Shown: positions 10,077 through 20,205 of the stretch, one piece after another
Layout: every line of letters starts with the position of its first letter
Numbering within the stretch: position 1 is the stretch's first letter
Assembly (NCBI GenBank): GCA_964626665.1
Contig: CAZVGK010000023.1
Span: forward strand, 1-55,484
DNA length: 55,484 nt
Direction: 5' to 3'
Origin: an uncultured Gemmatimonadota bacterium
GTDB taxonomy: Bacteria; SM23-81; DAOVCL01
Made by a program: the position numbers and the translations under genes
The notes under the pieces: generated by a model
What the model was told of the DNA's origin: nothing
Databases searched by the model: none
What the model saw: only the letters and a program-made list of their open reading frames with translations

Positions 10077-13000
10077 TTGAGGTTCAGGCTAAACCGATAC
10101 AGCCCCTTTTGATCCCTCACTCCTTCCAGATAAAAGAGCCTGCTCAGCCGGTAATCTATCCCCACCTCCTGGCCGCTCCCCATAGAGAGCCGCCTGGAGT
10201 ATTGCAGATAGACCCGGTTGGAGATATATTTCCCCACAGTTATCTCCACCTTGGCCAAATCAAGCTCCTTTTCCTGGTTTGCCCTTATCTGCAAGGTCTC
10301 CACCTGTAAGCTCTTAGCCATCTCCTTTTCCAGTTCATGTTCCAGATAGGAGGTGAAGAAATCCGTAGCCCGGGGAGCAATGGTTTTGCCCGCCCCTAAG
10401 GTGTCAATTCCGGTGGAGGTCTGGTGAACAGCCAATAGGGCCAATATATCCTCCTGAGGATAGTGGTGTGGGGATGAATCAAAGGAGATCAGCGGCTCCT
10501 TTAGGGTTCCCTTTACCGTTAAAATTATGGTTTCATTTCCTACCTCTGTCCTTCCCTCAATCTCTATCCGGGGATTTAGTTCAGAGGATTCCTCAAAATT
10601 TATCAACCCAGAACTTATGCGGAAGCTACTCCCATAAAGGAAATATTCCCCTCTCCTCAGAGCCAAATCCCCTAAAACCCGCAGCCTATCATCCACCGAG
10701 GAAAGCCTCAGGTTTCCCCCTAATTCTATTGATGCCTGAGGGTTCTTAATCCAGAGGTTTTGGGGGAAGGAAAGCTCTAAATCGAGACTGAGAGGTAACT
10801 TTCCTCTCCCCTGCGGCGCAGACCAGGAGAGGGGAAAACGATAGACAAGCTTGTGGGCCAAAATCCTTCCCTGCAGCAGGGGTGGCCTCCCGCCAACCAG
10901 TTGCAGGGAACCGTCAAAAACAGCCTCCGGCATCGTCCCAACCAAGAGGAGGGGAAATCTGTTAGCCTCGATCTTTAGGTTGAAATCTGGATGTGAAAGC
11001 TGGGAGAGGTCTATGTCCCCTGATACCCTTAGCCATCCGAATTCCTCCTTTTTCCGGCCGGAAAGGGCTTGGTAAAGCTGATGAAAGATGTTCCCCACAT
11101 CTCCCCTTTCCCCTCCAGCGGATCGCCCTTCCATCCGGTTGACAATCAATGTATTTCCCTTTAAAGCCAAATTTAGCTCAAATTCATCAACCCTGTTCTC
11201 GATCCCCTTGATCTTGAGTTGGCCGGAGCGGACAGCCAATCCACCGCTTAATTTTGGACTGCTGGGGGGACCAGCCATCTCCCCCCAAAAATGAAAATTC
11301 CCCTTGCATTCCTCGATGAGATCGGTCCAGAGAAGCGGAAGGGTAAAGGAGTCTCCCCTACCCTCAACGGCAAGGTTCCACCCTTTGGCTAACAATCCCA
11401 CATCCAAAGGCTGCAGGGAGATGTAAAGGGGGATGGTGGCATTGAGCAGGTAGCTACTTCCCTTCATCTGACACTCTAACCCTTCAAGGGTCAAGATGCT
11501 ATCCCTGTAGCTTATTGGGGAGGAGAGCGACTTAAATCTCAGCCTTCCCCATTTCCCCTCCCTCACCTCAAACCCCCCGGAGAATGAGAGGATTGACCTG
11601 AGGTTGAGGTCGAGATTGGCGGTGAGATAACCCCCAGCCTGAGGGACAACATCCCCCAAAATGGGGCTAAGCCGCAGATCGTCAACCCTCAGGGCAAGGT
11701 CCAGCCCTTTCTCTTCCCCCCACATTCCGCTACAGAGAATTGTTCCCTCCTTTGTTTTCAGGGAGACCTCCCCAAATGACACCATATTGGGAAGAAGGAT
11801 AACGACAAAAGGCCTCTGGGTCAAGAAAGGGGTGCTCCGATACTGACCGGTAACCTCCTCCACCCGCAGAGTCCCCTTCCCCCTTTCCTTCTGGAAACTC
11901 CCGTGACCCCCAAAACTGAGCTCCTCCCCTTCTGCCCGCAGGGAATCAAAATATACGGAGTTACCCTTAAACCTTAAGCGAAGGGACAATGCCTGCCACT
12001 TAAACCCTTTGACTTCCAAGGAATCTCCTCTGAACCTCGCCCATCCTTGCCTCTGGCTCAGGATCTTGGAGAGCCTTACCTCTCCCAATAGCCTCTGAGC
12101 AGAAAGGAGATTATTACTCAGATAATTTACTGTCAAATTAGCCACCAAATTAGGATTTTTAATATCTCCTTGCAGCCTAAAGTCAATTAAAGGTTCCCCT
12201 TTCCATCCTGGCAGGGGATAGATCTCCTTCATAAAGGAAAGGCTTGAAGCCTTAATTTTTCCGGAGATATTTGTCTCACCCCTAAAATTTATGTCCCCTT
12301 CCCAACAGGCAAATGTTCCCTGCAGATAGGTTTGAAACCCTGGGAAGAAGACGATGCTGTTTTTATCCACAAATATCTTCCCCCTAACCGTATCCGTTGG
12401 TATCCCCTGAATTCGGGCATCCCTGAGATCAACCTGAAAGTCCAACCCCAAATCATTCAAGCGCAGACCCTTGCCCTCCATTTTTACCTGACCATTTAAC
12501 CTAGTGGTTATAGGAGATTTCACCACTTCGGGCAAATTCAAACCGAAAAGGGAAATATCAGCAGAGTATGTAGGGGGAGAGGTGGAGAAATTAAGCCAAC
12601 CGGTTCCCTTCATTAAGGCTTTAAAATAGATTCCCTTAGTCCGACTCAAGTGCAAAACATTCCCCTTCCAGCGATATTTGGTGGTGAAGTTCTTCATCTG
12701 ATTTCCTAAAAATATGCCATCAATAACGGCTTCTCCCTGAAAATCCTTCAACTTCCCCGCGGCAGTAAGGGAGGTCTTCACTGATCCGGCAATGATACCA
12801 CCAAGATTTGCCAGTCTATCCATTTCGTTTAAATTTAGCTTATTACCGGTAATATCTAAAGAGAATTCTGGGTCTTTAAACCCCGATATTGACCCACTGA
12901 TTAAGAGGTTAGAACGGGAGGTAACCAGGGTTATGCCGGATAACAGGAGGCTATCATTCTGCAAGGTGAATTCTCCCCTCAGAGTTTTCAGGTGGAAGCT

Positions 13001-13570
13001 CCTCTCCAAAAGATCAAACGATAGGTCACTTACCTCCCCTTTTATCCTTTTCCCCTTAAATGCGATGGAGGGCAGAGCCAATTCAATCCCCTGGAAGGTA
13101 AAATTTCCCCTGCGGGTCTCAATCTTCAACCTCCCGTTTTGGATAGATATCTTCTGAAAAAGAATTGGGGGGAAAGGGGGATCGCCACCTCTTGCCGGAT
13201 GATGTGCCCCCCTTTCGCTGGCCTTAAGGGTTAGATGGGGCTCTTTCAGAAAAACTTCCTTTATCTCCTTCTTCCCTCGAAGAAAGTCTGACAGACTGAA
13301 TCTAAGTTGAACCTCATTGACCTGAAATGGAGATGGGGGGAAACCAGCTCGTTGAATTTCACCTTCCACTCCCTTTAATTTAATTTCAGAAATGAGATTT
13401 CCCTTAATTTTCTCAATTTTTACTTTAAAGGGATAACCCCTCTCTTTAACCCAGTTGTTTACCCCATTCTTTAAAAGAGGAGTCTTCAGGAGGGCAAGGT
13501 ATAACCCTAAGAGGAGCAAAATCCCCCCCCCCACCAGAAAGGCAAGAATTTTTAAGAGACGCTTTATCAT
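10064..13570 (-). CDS. tamB: TamB/AsmA-family translocation and assembly module protein
   Basis: N-terminal TM, long beta-rich body, DUF490-like C-terminus (VGKYISNRVYLQY); adjacent to the Omp85 gene; ATG at 13570 (ORF track start lies inside a repeat). Confidence 0.85.
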   Translation of the reverse strand: MIKRLLKILAFLVGGGILLLLGLYLALLKTPLLKNGVNNWVKERGYPFKVKIEKIKGNLISEIKLKGVEGEIQRAGFPPSPFQVNEVQLRFSLSDFLRGKKEIKEVFLKEPHLTLKASERGAHHPARGGDPPFPPILFQKISIQNGRLKIETRRGNFTFQGIELALPSIAFKGKRIKGEVSDLSFDLLERSFHLKTLRGEFTLQNDSLLLSGITLVTSRSNLLISGSISGFKDPEFSLDITGNKLNLNEMDRLANLGGIIAGSVKTSLTAAGKLKDFQGEAVIDGIFLGNQMKNFTTKYRWKGNVLHLSRTKGIYFKALMKGTGWLNFSTSPPTYSADISLFGLNLPEVVKSPITTRLNGQVKMEGKGLRLNDLGLDFQVDLRDARIQGIPTDTVRGKIFVDKNSIVFFPGFQTYLQGTFACWEGDINFRGETNISGKIKASSLSFMKEIYPLPGWKGEPLIDFRLQGDIKNPNLVANLTVNYLSNNLLSAQRLLGEVRLSKILSQRQGWARFRGDSLEVKGFKWQALSLRLRFKGNSVYFDSLRAEGEELSFGGHGSFQKERGKGTLRVEEVTGQYRSTPFLTQRPFVVILLPNMVSFGEVSLKTKEGTILCSGMWGEEKGLDLALRVDDLRLSPILGDVVPQAGGYLTANLDLNLRSILSFSGGFEVREGKWGRLRFKSLSSPISYRDSILTLEGLECQMKGSSYLLNATIPLYISLQPLDVGLLAKGWNLAVEGRGDSFTLPLLWTDLIEECKGNFHFWGEMAGPPSSPKLSGGLAVRSGQLKIKGIENRVDEFELNLALKGNTLIVNRMEGRSAGGERGDVGNIFHQLYQALSGRKKEEFGWLRVSGDIDLSQLSHPDFNLKIEANRFPLLLVGTMPEAVFDGSLQLVGGRPPLLQGRILAHKLVYRFPLSWSAPQGRGKLPLSLDLELSFPQNLWIKNPQASIELGGNLRLSSVDDRLRVLGDLALRRGEYFLYGSSFRISSGLINFEESSELNPRIEIEGRTEVGNETIILTVKGTLKEPLISFDSSPHHYPQEDILALLAVHQTSTGIDTLGAGKTIAPRATDFFTSYLEHELEKEMAKSLQVETLQIRANQEKELDLAKVEITVGKYISNRVYLQYSRRLSMGSGQEVGIDYRLSRLFYLEGVRDQKGLYRFSLNLKWNY

Positions 13571-13584
13571 CTTTAAGTGGCCTC

Positions 13585-14290
13585 TTTCACGGCAGAGCCG
13601 CAACCCAACAAGGGCTACGGATTACACTGATTTCATAGAAGAAACCAACGTAGATCGTGGACCGTAGCTCGTTACTCGGGAATCGTTGCTCGTGGGCCTC
13701 GTAGTTCCGGTCGCATAAATGCGACCCCTACACTTCTACCCGGCTTTAGCCGGGGTTGAGAGGGCTTTAGCCCGTTTGGAGTGCTAGGGGCTCCTGTCAC
13801 AGCTTGCATCAACGGGAGTTACCACACTCCACAGAGACCCGCACTGAAGTGCGGTAGAAATCTTCTACTCGAGGAAACCTGTGTGAACCGTTAGCTTAAT
13901 GCAAAAATACCATGAAAAAAGGCCCTGTCAAGGGGAAACTTCCCCCTGCTACAGGGCCTTCTGTGCTGTCAGGGCTCTGCCCTGACAGTGGAAGTCTTTT
14001 TCTCTGACAGGATAAACAGGATGAACGGGATTAAATGAACCTCCCTACCCCAGGTGGGGCATCCTAAACCCATCTCCTCCCCCTTGATGGGGGAGGACTA
14101 AGAAGAGGGCGTAAAAAACTTCCGTTCCCACTCTTACCCCAATTTTCTCTTCCCAATTTTAGTAATACTTATCCTTGTCAATCCAGTAAATCCCGTCCCA
14201 AAAGCAGTTGTCAGTAGTCCTGTGCTGTCAGGGCTCTGCCCTGATAGCACAGGTCTTTTGTGGATGATAGCATCCACAATGAGCAAAAGG
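13585..14290. repeat. Large composite intergenic repeat cluster
   Basis: GCCGCAACC end motif, CTACCCGGCTTTAGCCGGGG, two TGTCAGGGCTCTGCCCTGA palindromes, CTCCCCCTTGATGGGGGAG, GACAGGAT/ATCCTGTC units, GTGGATGATAGCATCCAC. Confidence 0.75.
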
Positions 14291-14346
14291 AAGGGCATAC
14301 CTGATTGCTGACAACTGATCCCTGACCTCTGTGAACTGTAACCATC

Positions 14347-17300
14347 CTATTTTATCACCACCAGCTTCTTGACGGCGGTGAAATCCGCCACTTGCAGCCG
14401 ATATAGATAGACCCCGCTGGCTAATCCTCCGGCATCCCAACGAACTGACCTATAACCAGCTCTCTGATACTCATCAACCAATGTAGCTACCTTCTGTCCA
14501 AGCAGGTTGTATATCTCCAGCCTGACCTGGGTGGCTCTGGGGAGGGCATACCTGATCTCCGTAGCAGGATTGAAGGGGTTGGGGAAATTCTGAGAAAGGG
14601 AGAAGGCTTGCGGAATACCAAAACCTTCCCTTTCTCTTACCCCCTCTTTCCCTACTACAAACCACCAGGGGGAAATATCGCTGTTTGATCCCCAGGTAGT
14701 CAGGCTATCTGTGTCCATAGCCACCACCTTCCAATAGTATCTGGTGTTGTCATTCAGAGGAATACCGGGTGGAACGGTGAAATGAGTATCGGCAGGATAA
14801 ATACCTATCACCCCCTGAGAGAAGGTGCTATCCGGGCTAAGATAAAGTTTATAAGTGGCATAGTCCCACAAGTCATTGTCCGTAGCCTTATGCCAGAGGA
14901 AAGTAGGAGTTGTGGAGACGGAGTCTATTCCCAGTTCTGGCTCTATGAGAGAGAAGGGATTGGGAGGCTCCAGGGCTACATTGGTAAAGAACCTCCAGGT
15001 ATCCGTAGAGGTGCTCAAGCTTTCTTTATCTATGGCCACCACCTTCCAGAAGTATTGGGAGTTGTCGGCTAGCTCTTCTGCGGGGATATAGCAGTTGCTG
15101 TCCACAACCGTGGGGATAGTTCCGCTAAAGTTGCTATCCTGATCCACATAAAGTAGATAGTGGATAGAGTCGGCAATATCATTGTCTGTGGCATTCTCCC
15201 AGTAGAAGATGGGGGTAAGGTCAACCTCTACGCTGTTCCAGGTAGGGGTAACCAGGTTGAAGCTATTGGGATCTTCGTTGGCCGTATTGGTGATAAAGGT
15301 CTGATAGCCCTCTTCATCCTCCTCGGTAGCACCAGCCAAGTCCTTTGCCACCACCTTCCAGTAGTAGAGCTGATTGTCCTCCAAAGGGGTCTTGATCTGG
15401 TAGACGCTCTCTCCTCCCACCTCAACTTGAAGCTGAGAGGGTATGTCCTTTCCGTAGAAGAGGGTATAGGTAACCTGGTCCCCAGGATCGGGATCTATGG
15501 AAGTTTCCCAGTCAAGTATGGGCTTAAGGGTGGTCACCTCACCTCCATCGGGCGGAGTCAAAAGGTGAAAACTACCCGGTGGATCGTTTTCGGAGTTGAT
15601 GATAAAGGAGCTGGGGGATATCCATTCCCCGTCTTCAAAGCCATCATCAGCCCTTGCCCTCCACCAATACTGGTGATTATCTTCCAGCGGGACATCAATC
15701 AGCCAAATCGTAGAGTCTATCCCCTCTTCTACTCCAGTGGCCGATGTGACCAGGTTGCCTAAAAGGCTGTCGCTGTAAACCTCAAAGCCATAAGTGAGGC
15801 TATCTCCTTCGGCATCAGTGGAATTGGAAATGACCAAAGCCACTGTGCTATCACTTATTACCTCTCCCTCTCTGGGGCTTAAAACCACCGGAGTGCTGGG
15901 AGTACTGTTCATCCTGAAGGATAGGCTGGCCCAGCTTGACCACAAATCTTGGGTATTCTTCACCCCAGCCCTCAAGTAATAGGTTTCCCCATCAATCAAG
16001 GAATCCCCAGCATAGGTTACAAAGGTATCCGCACTGCTCACCTCTCCACTATCCCACATCTCAGCCACCGCCCAGTCATCATCAGTTCCCACCTGAACCT
16101 GGAAAGCATCTTGAGCCAAAGTCCCAGGATCAGAATACGACCAGGTGATAAGCGGATGATGCGTAACCAGATGCTCTATATCCTCCGAACCACCAATGTC
16201 CAGATGGGAAATGGAGGGAGGAATCTCTGCTCCAACTATCAGGTCAAAATATACACTTGGGTCAACTTCTACAGCAACCCTAAGTGTGTCTCCCTCTGAG
16301 ACTCTGATAGTCCTTGGTAACTGAGTTTGCTCTGCCAGATATATTTCACAATGCCAAATACCCGTGCTATCACCAGTTTCCTCATAAAACGGTCTGATCT
16401 GATTCCAGTTGTTTTTGTTAAACACGCTGATTACTACCACATTTTTGGTGTAAGGGTTGCTATCCTCTCCTCCTAATTCAAAGAATAGTGTATCACCTAC
16501 AGTGAGGGGATGAGATAAATCGCTTGAGTAAGTAGAATCATCTTTGGCGATTATGTAGGAAGCATTTTCAAAAACTCCAGGTATGGCTGGCGATACATCT
16601 GTCAGAAAGGGCTGATAAGTTGCAAAACCTAATCCAGATTGGTCGTGGCCATCCCAGATACCATTTTCAATCTGGATTTGGTCACTGCGTGTAAACCACC
16701 AGTTGTTCGTAGCATCGGTGTTACTTGAGTTGCTCTTTTTCAACTGATACCCCTGGTTATGATTGATATTGTTGTAATTCAACGAAATGGGGTCTCCATA
16801 GATGCCTCCAGCATTAGTGGTATCTCCAATCTGGTTGTATTTAATAATGCTATTGTAAATCCATTTGCCACCCCATATTCCCCCACCATGGGAGGCATAG
16901 TTATTTGTAATAGTGCAATGATCTACTTTAACCCTATCTGCAGAAGGGGGGTAAACCCAATATACTTTTATGCCTCCCCCGGATCCCGCGCGGTTTCCTG
17001 AAATAGAGCAGCTATCTATAAGCGTATATTCACTTTTTACATATATTCCCCCACCACAACCACCCTGGGCATCATTGTTGATTATGGTGTTATTTGAAAA
17101 AGTATTTAGTCCATCCAAGTATACGCCAGCCCCGTAGCGTAATCCATATCCGTAATTTCCAGTATCTATCAAGTAATTGTCTGAAAACAAATTATTGCGA
17201 ATGGTATTATCGTCACCGGACAAACATAATCCACCACCGTATGAACGAGAATATGAGCCGGAACTATGGCACCAAATATAATTCCCTGTAAACTGATTCC

Positions 17301-18876
17301 CAGTTATCGTATTGTTTTGTCCACAGATACACACTCCACCCCCGAAACCTTCAGCTTTAGCAGTAGACCCCTGAGAGGAATTCAAAACATGAACAAAACA
17401 GCTATCTATCTCATTTTCTTGCATATTGGTATAATTTCCATAAACACAAATACCACCACCGCGAAAACGCACAACTCCATCATAGACCCTCTCCTCTATA
17501 TATCCTGAACAATCAGCTACATAGTTACCCAATATTTCTAAGTAGTTGCCAACTAAACAAATACCACCACCACTTCCCGATTGCTCCGAGCTCGTAGATA
17601 CTTGACAGAAAGTTACCGTGTTATTTTTGAGTGCGCAACTATCGCCAGAGCAGTATATGCCACCACCTACAGTATCTCCATTGCAGTGGGCAATTCTATT
17701 ATTCTCAATTACGGAATGCGGACTATTTTCGATATGGATGCCATAGAAACCACAACTATCAATTGTATTGTTAATAATTCCGGGATTTAAACCACTCTCA
17801 AGTTTAATGCCAAAACCAGCTACATCTTGGATGAAATTATTTTTTACCCACGAACTGCCTGCGTTTACTATGAAAATAGCGGAACCCCAACTGGAGTACC
17901 AATGGCTGCCTCCTGTGAGATTAGTCAAGGTATTATTTTCTACTCGTGAATTGTTTCCCGCTAAATGTATTCCTCTTTTAACATTTCTTATCTCGTTATC
18001 AGTTATGCGGCTATTCTCACCTGCTTTTATAGCCCCGTTATTGCAATTTTTAAATACACAGTTCTTAATAATCACTTTTGTATTTGGAGCATTTACGGTG
18101 AAAGAATCCGGCTCTGAGCCGGCATAAGTAAAATTTATGTATTCGAAAACAACAGAGTCAGGACTACACCAAGCGGGGAATCTTATATCCCGCCAATATC
18201 CGGGATTTCCATTCTTCTTGGTTACAGTTATGCTATCCTCCTCAGTGGCCAGCATCCTTAGCCCTCCACCTAATACATCAATCCCATAAGATCCGTCAAT
18301 TTCAACTGTAACACCTGCCCTAATAGTCAAGCTATTTGATCCAATTGTTAAGTCACCTTGCACCATCGTATATGGGCTGTTCTCAGGTATGAGAGTTCTG
18401 TCGTAATTCAAATAACCACCACCTATTATCTCCCTGGGTTCAGTAGCTGGTATTGTCTGTAAAGTCCAATAATTATAAGGATATTGATCAGCATTGTTCC
18501 AGGTATAGTTACCATCACTGTCAACCGCCTTGACTCGCCAATAATAAAGGGTTTGCCCCATCAGTAAATCAACTGGAGGACGTATCATTGTAGTAATTAG
18601 ACTATCATACTCCACATAATTGCCCTCTGAAAATTGAGGATCTGTGCTTATCTGCAGAGTATAAGTGCAGTTTGGAGTAGGAGTTGATTCCCACTCGAAT
18701 ACCGGCCATACATCGACATCCTCACTATAATTACTTGGCCGTATGAGGCCAAAATCTCCAGGTTGAGATAACCCAGATGAGGTTTGTCCCAAAAACATAG
18801 TAAAGAAGGCTATCAAAACAATCAGACTCTTTTGCCTGTTTGACAGCACTAAGAATCTCTGTAGAATAGAAACCAT
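14347..18876 (-). CDS. Large secreted protein: parallel beta-helix repeats, FN3-like repeats, C-terminal FlgD-Ig/T9SS type A-like domain
   Basis: Signal peptide, many GGGI/N-rich repeats, repeated YYWRV/YYWKV modules, QNFPNPFNP...LASGVYLYRL end. Confidence 0.85.
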   Translation of the reverse strand: MVSILQRFLVLSNRQKSLIVLIAFFTMFLGQTSSGLSQPGDFGLIRPSNYSEDVDVWPVFEWESTPTPNCTYTLQISTDPQFSEGNYVEYDSLITTMIRPPVDLLMGQTLYYWRVKAVDSDGNYTWNNADQYPYNYWTLQTIPATEPREIIGGGYLNYDRTLIPENSPYTMVQGDLTIGSNSLTIRAGVTVEIDGSYGIDVLGGGLRMLATEEDSITVTKKNGNPGYWRDIRFPAWCSPDSVVFEYINFTYAGSEPDSFTVNAPNTKVIIKNCVFKNCNNGAIKAGENSRITDNEIRNVKRGIHLAGNNSRVENNTLTNLTGGSHWYSSWGSAIFIVNAGSSWVKNNFIQDVAGFGIKLESGLNPGIINNTIDSCGFYGIHIENSPHSVIENNRIAHCNGDTVGGGIYCSGDSCALKNNTVTFCQVSTSSEQSGSGGGICLVGNYLEILGNYVADCSGYIEERVYDGVVRFRGGGICVYGNYTNMQENEIDSCFVHVLNSSQGSTAKAEGFGGGVCICGQNNTITGNQFTGNYIWCHSSGSYSRSYGGGLCLSGDDNTIRNNLFSDNYLIDTGNYGYGLRYGAGVYLDGLNTFSNNTIINNDAQGGCGGGIYVKSEYTLIDSCSISGNRAGSGGGIKVYWVYPPSADRVKVDHCTITNNYASHGGGIWGGKWIYNSIIKYNQIGDTTNAGGIYGDPISLNYNNINHNQGYQLKKSNSSNTDATNNWWFTRSDQIQIENGIWDGHDQSGLGFATYQPFLTDVSPAIPGVFENASYIIAKDDSTYSSDLSHPLTVGDTLFFELGGEDSNPYTKNVVVISVFNKNNWNQIRPFYEETGDSTGIWHCEIYLAEQTQLPRTIRVSEGDTLRVAVEVDPSVYFDLIVGAEIPPSISHLDIGGSEDIEHLVTHHPLITWSYSDPGTLAQDAFQVQVGTDDDWAVAEMWDSGEVSSADTFVTYAGDSLIDGETYYLRAGVKNTQDLWSSWASLSFRMNSTPSTPVVLSPREGEVISDSTVALVISNSTDAEGDSLTYGFEVYSDSLLGNLVTSATGVEEGIDSTIWLIDVPLEDNHQYWWRARADDGFEDGEWISPSSFIINSENDPPGSFHLLTPPDGGEVTTLKPILDWETSIDPDPGDQVTYTLFYGKDIPSQLQVEVGGESVYQIKTPLEDNQLYYWKVVAKDLAGATEEDEEGYQTFITNTANEDPNSFNLVTPTWNSVEVDLTPIFYWENATDNDIADSIHYLLYVDQDSNFSGTIPTVVDSNCYIPAEELADNSQYFWKVVAIDKESLSTSTDTWRFFTNVALEPPNPFSLIEPELGIDSVSTTPTFLWHKATDNDLWDYATYKLYLSPDSTFSQGVIGIYPADTHFTVPPGIPLNDNTRYYWKVVAMDTDSLTTWGSNSDISPWWFVVGKEGVREREGFGIPQAFSLSQNFPNPFNPATEIRYALPRATQVRLEIYNLLGQKVATLVDEYQRAGYRSVRWDAGGLASGVYLYRLQVADFTAVKKLVVIK

Positions 18877-18939
18877 TTTACCCTCCTTGAGATTATAGAT
18901 GTTTCTCCCTGATAGTCGTGTAGTGAATATTAGAGAAGC

Positions 18940-19938
18940 TCAACCCATTTTGTCAGTTATTGCATTCCATTGAAAACTAAATTTACATCTGTTAACCATA
19001 TTTATAACATCTTTAAAGTTTCTTATTTCTGGCATTTCCAATATCGCTAAGATTGATTCAACCAAGAACTCTCCCACTTTTCTAATGTCTTCCTCAGTAA
19101 TTCGAGACTTAACTTTACCCCCGTGTAGAATCCTTGAACGTTTGTCATAATATTTTGGGAATTTTTCATAGATTTCCAATCGTTCCTCTGGTTTTAGATT
19201 TTTACCAACCAAAATTGCAATTCTTTCCGACAACTTTCTAGTGATACAATTATTTTCCAATAAGAGTAAAGATTCTATTCCAATAACCAAGTTTGCAAAT
19301 TTTATATTGGCTGAACTTTCTTTCAACGCTTGACTTAACCAGTAAAGGGACATCAATACTCTATCCGAGATTTTATTCTTTTCCTTTTCATTAAACATTG
19401 AAAGGAGTCGCCTAAATCTTGGATCCTTTTTCCAAGACTCCATATTTTGGCTGAAAATTACACATGGATTTTGACGACCCTCCGGTAGTAATAAAGGAAA
19501 GGGATTTATATCACTGCGGAACCAGGCACCTTGTGGGTTATTCAAGCTTAGAAAAGTTCCTGAAATTCCAAAATAGTCACATACACTTTCAGTGATTTCA
19601 CCATACCGGAGAAATCTCAAAATTGAACAGGCTTGCTCTATTCTATTCATAGCCTGTTCATTTTCAACCTGTAGCCAATGCCAACGCCCCTTGTCTTTTC
19701 TTATTTCTATTTCAGTAACTGCTATTGGATATTTGATGATGTTCTCAAGACTTTCAGGATAAATATAAGTTCCGTGTGATTTTGAGTTGAAAGTATTGAC
19801 AACCTTGTATAAAAGATCCTTTCCTTCTTTTGGTGGCAGGAAAAGAACCCTTCCAAAATCAAGTTTTTCGTATATATCCAGATTAGCAATTTGTGCAAGA
19901 AAATAAACCTTATTTTGAAAATCAAATTCCATTATCAT
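18940..19938 (-). CDS. Apea-like HEPN domain protein
   Basis: IGIESLL...KLSERIAILVG...YDKRSRILHG (RxxxxH motif); AT-rich. Confidence 0.8.
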   Translation of the reverse strand: MIMEFDFQNKVYFLAQIANLDIYEKLDFGRVLFLPPKEGKDLLYKVVNTFNSKSHGTYIYPESLENIIKYPIAVTEIEIRKDKGRWHWLQVENEQAMNRIEQACSILRFLRYGEITESVCDYFGISGTFLSLNNPQGAWFRSDINPFPLLLPEGRQNPCVIFSQNMESWKKDPRFRRLLSMFNEKEKNKISDRVLMSLYWLSQALKESSANIKFANLVIGIESLLLLENNCITRKLSERIAILVGKNLKPEERLEIYEKFPKYYDKRSRILHGGKVKSRITEEDIRKVGEFLVESILAILEMPEIRNFKDVINMVNRCKFSFQWNAITDKMG

Positions 19939-19989
19939 CCCTTGTTATGTTATCAATATCAATGGCTCCACTGCAAAACATTAAAATCA

Positions 19990-20200
19990 GTAGCCGCAAA
20001 CTTCAATCTACCTCCTCTCGTAACCTAAAGGTTGCGGCTACCTGTCAGGGCTTTGTCCTGACAGAGGAAGTTTCATCGTGGATGGTAATACCCACAAAGA
20101 GCGCTGTGAATTCTTCTTCTCTTTGCTTCATGAGATTGTACAGATATCGATGTGTTTTTCCCTGTAATAACAATCAGTGTAATCGGTGAAATCTGTGGCT
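19990..20200. repeat. GTAG-type REP doublet plus further palindromic units
   Basis: GTAGCCGCA...AACCTAAAGGTTGCGGCTACC (copy at 41944-41996) followed by TGTCAGGGCTTTGTCCTGACAG. Confidence 0.7.
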
Positions 20201-20205
20201 CCACT

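Noticed and set aside
13585-14290. Repeat clusters (here and at 24675, 55050) as CRISPR arrays
   Set aside because: No constant repeat with regularly sized unique spacers, and no cas genes
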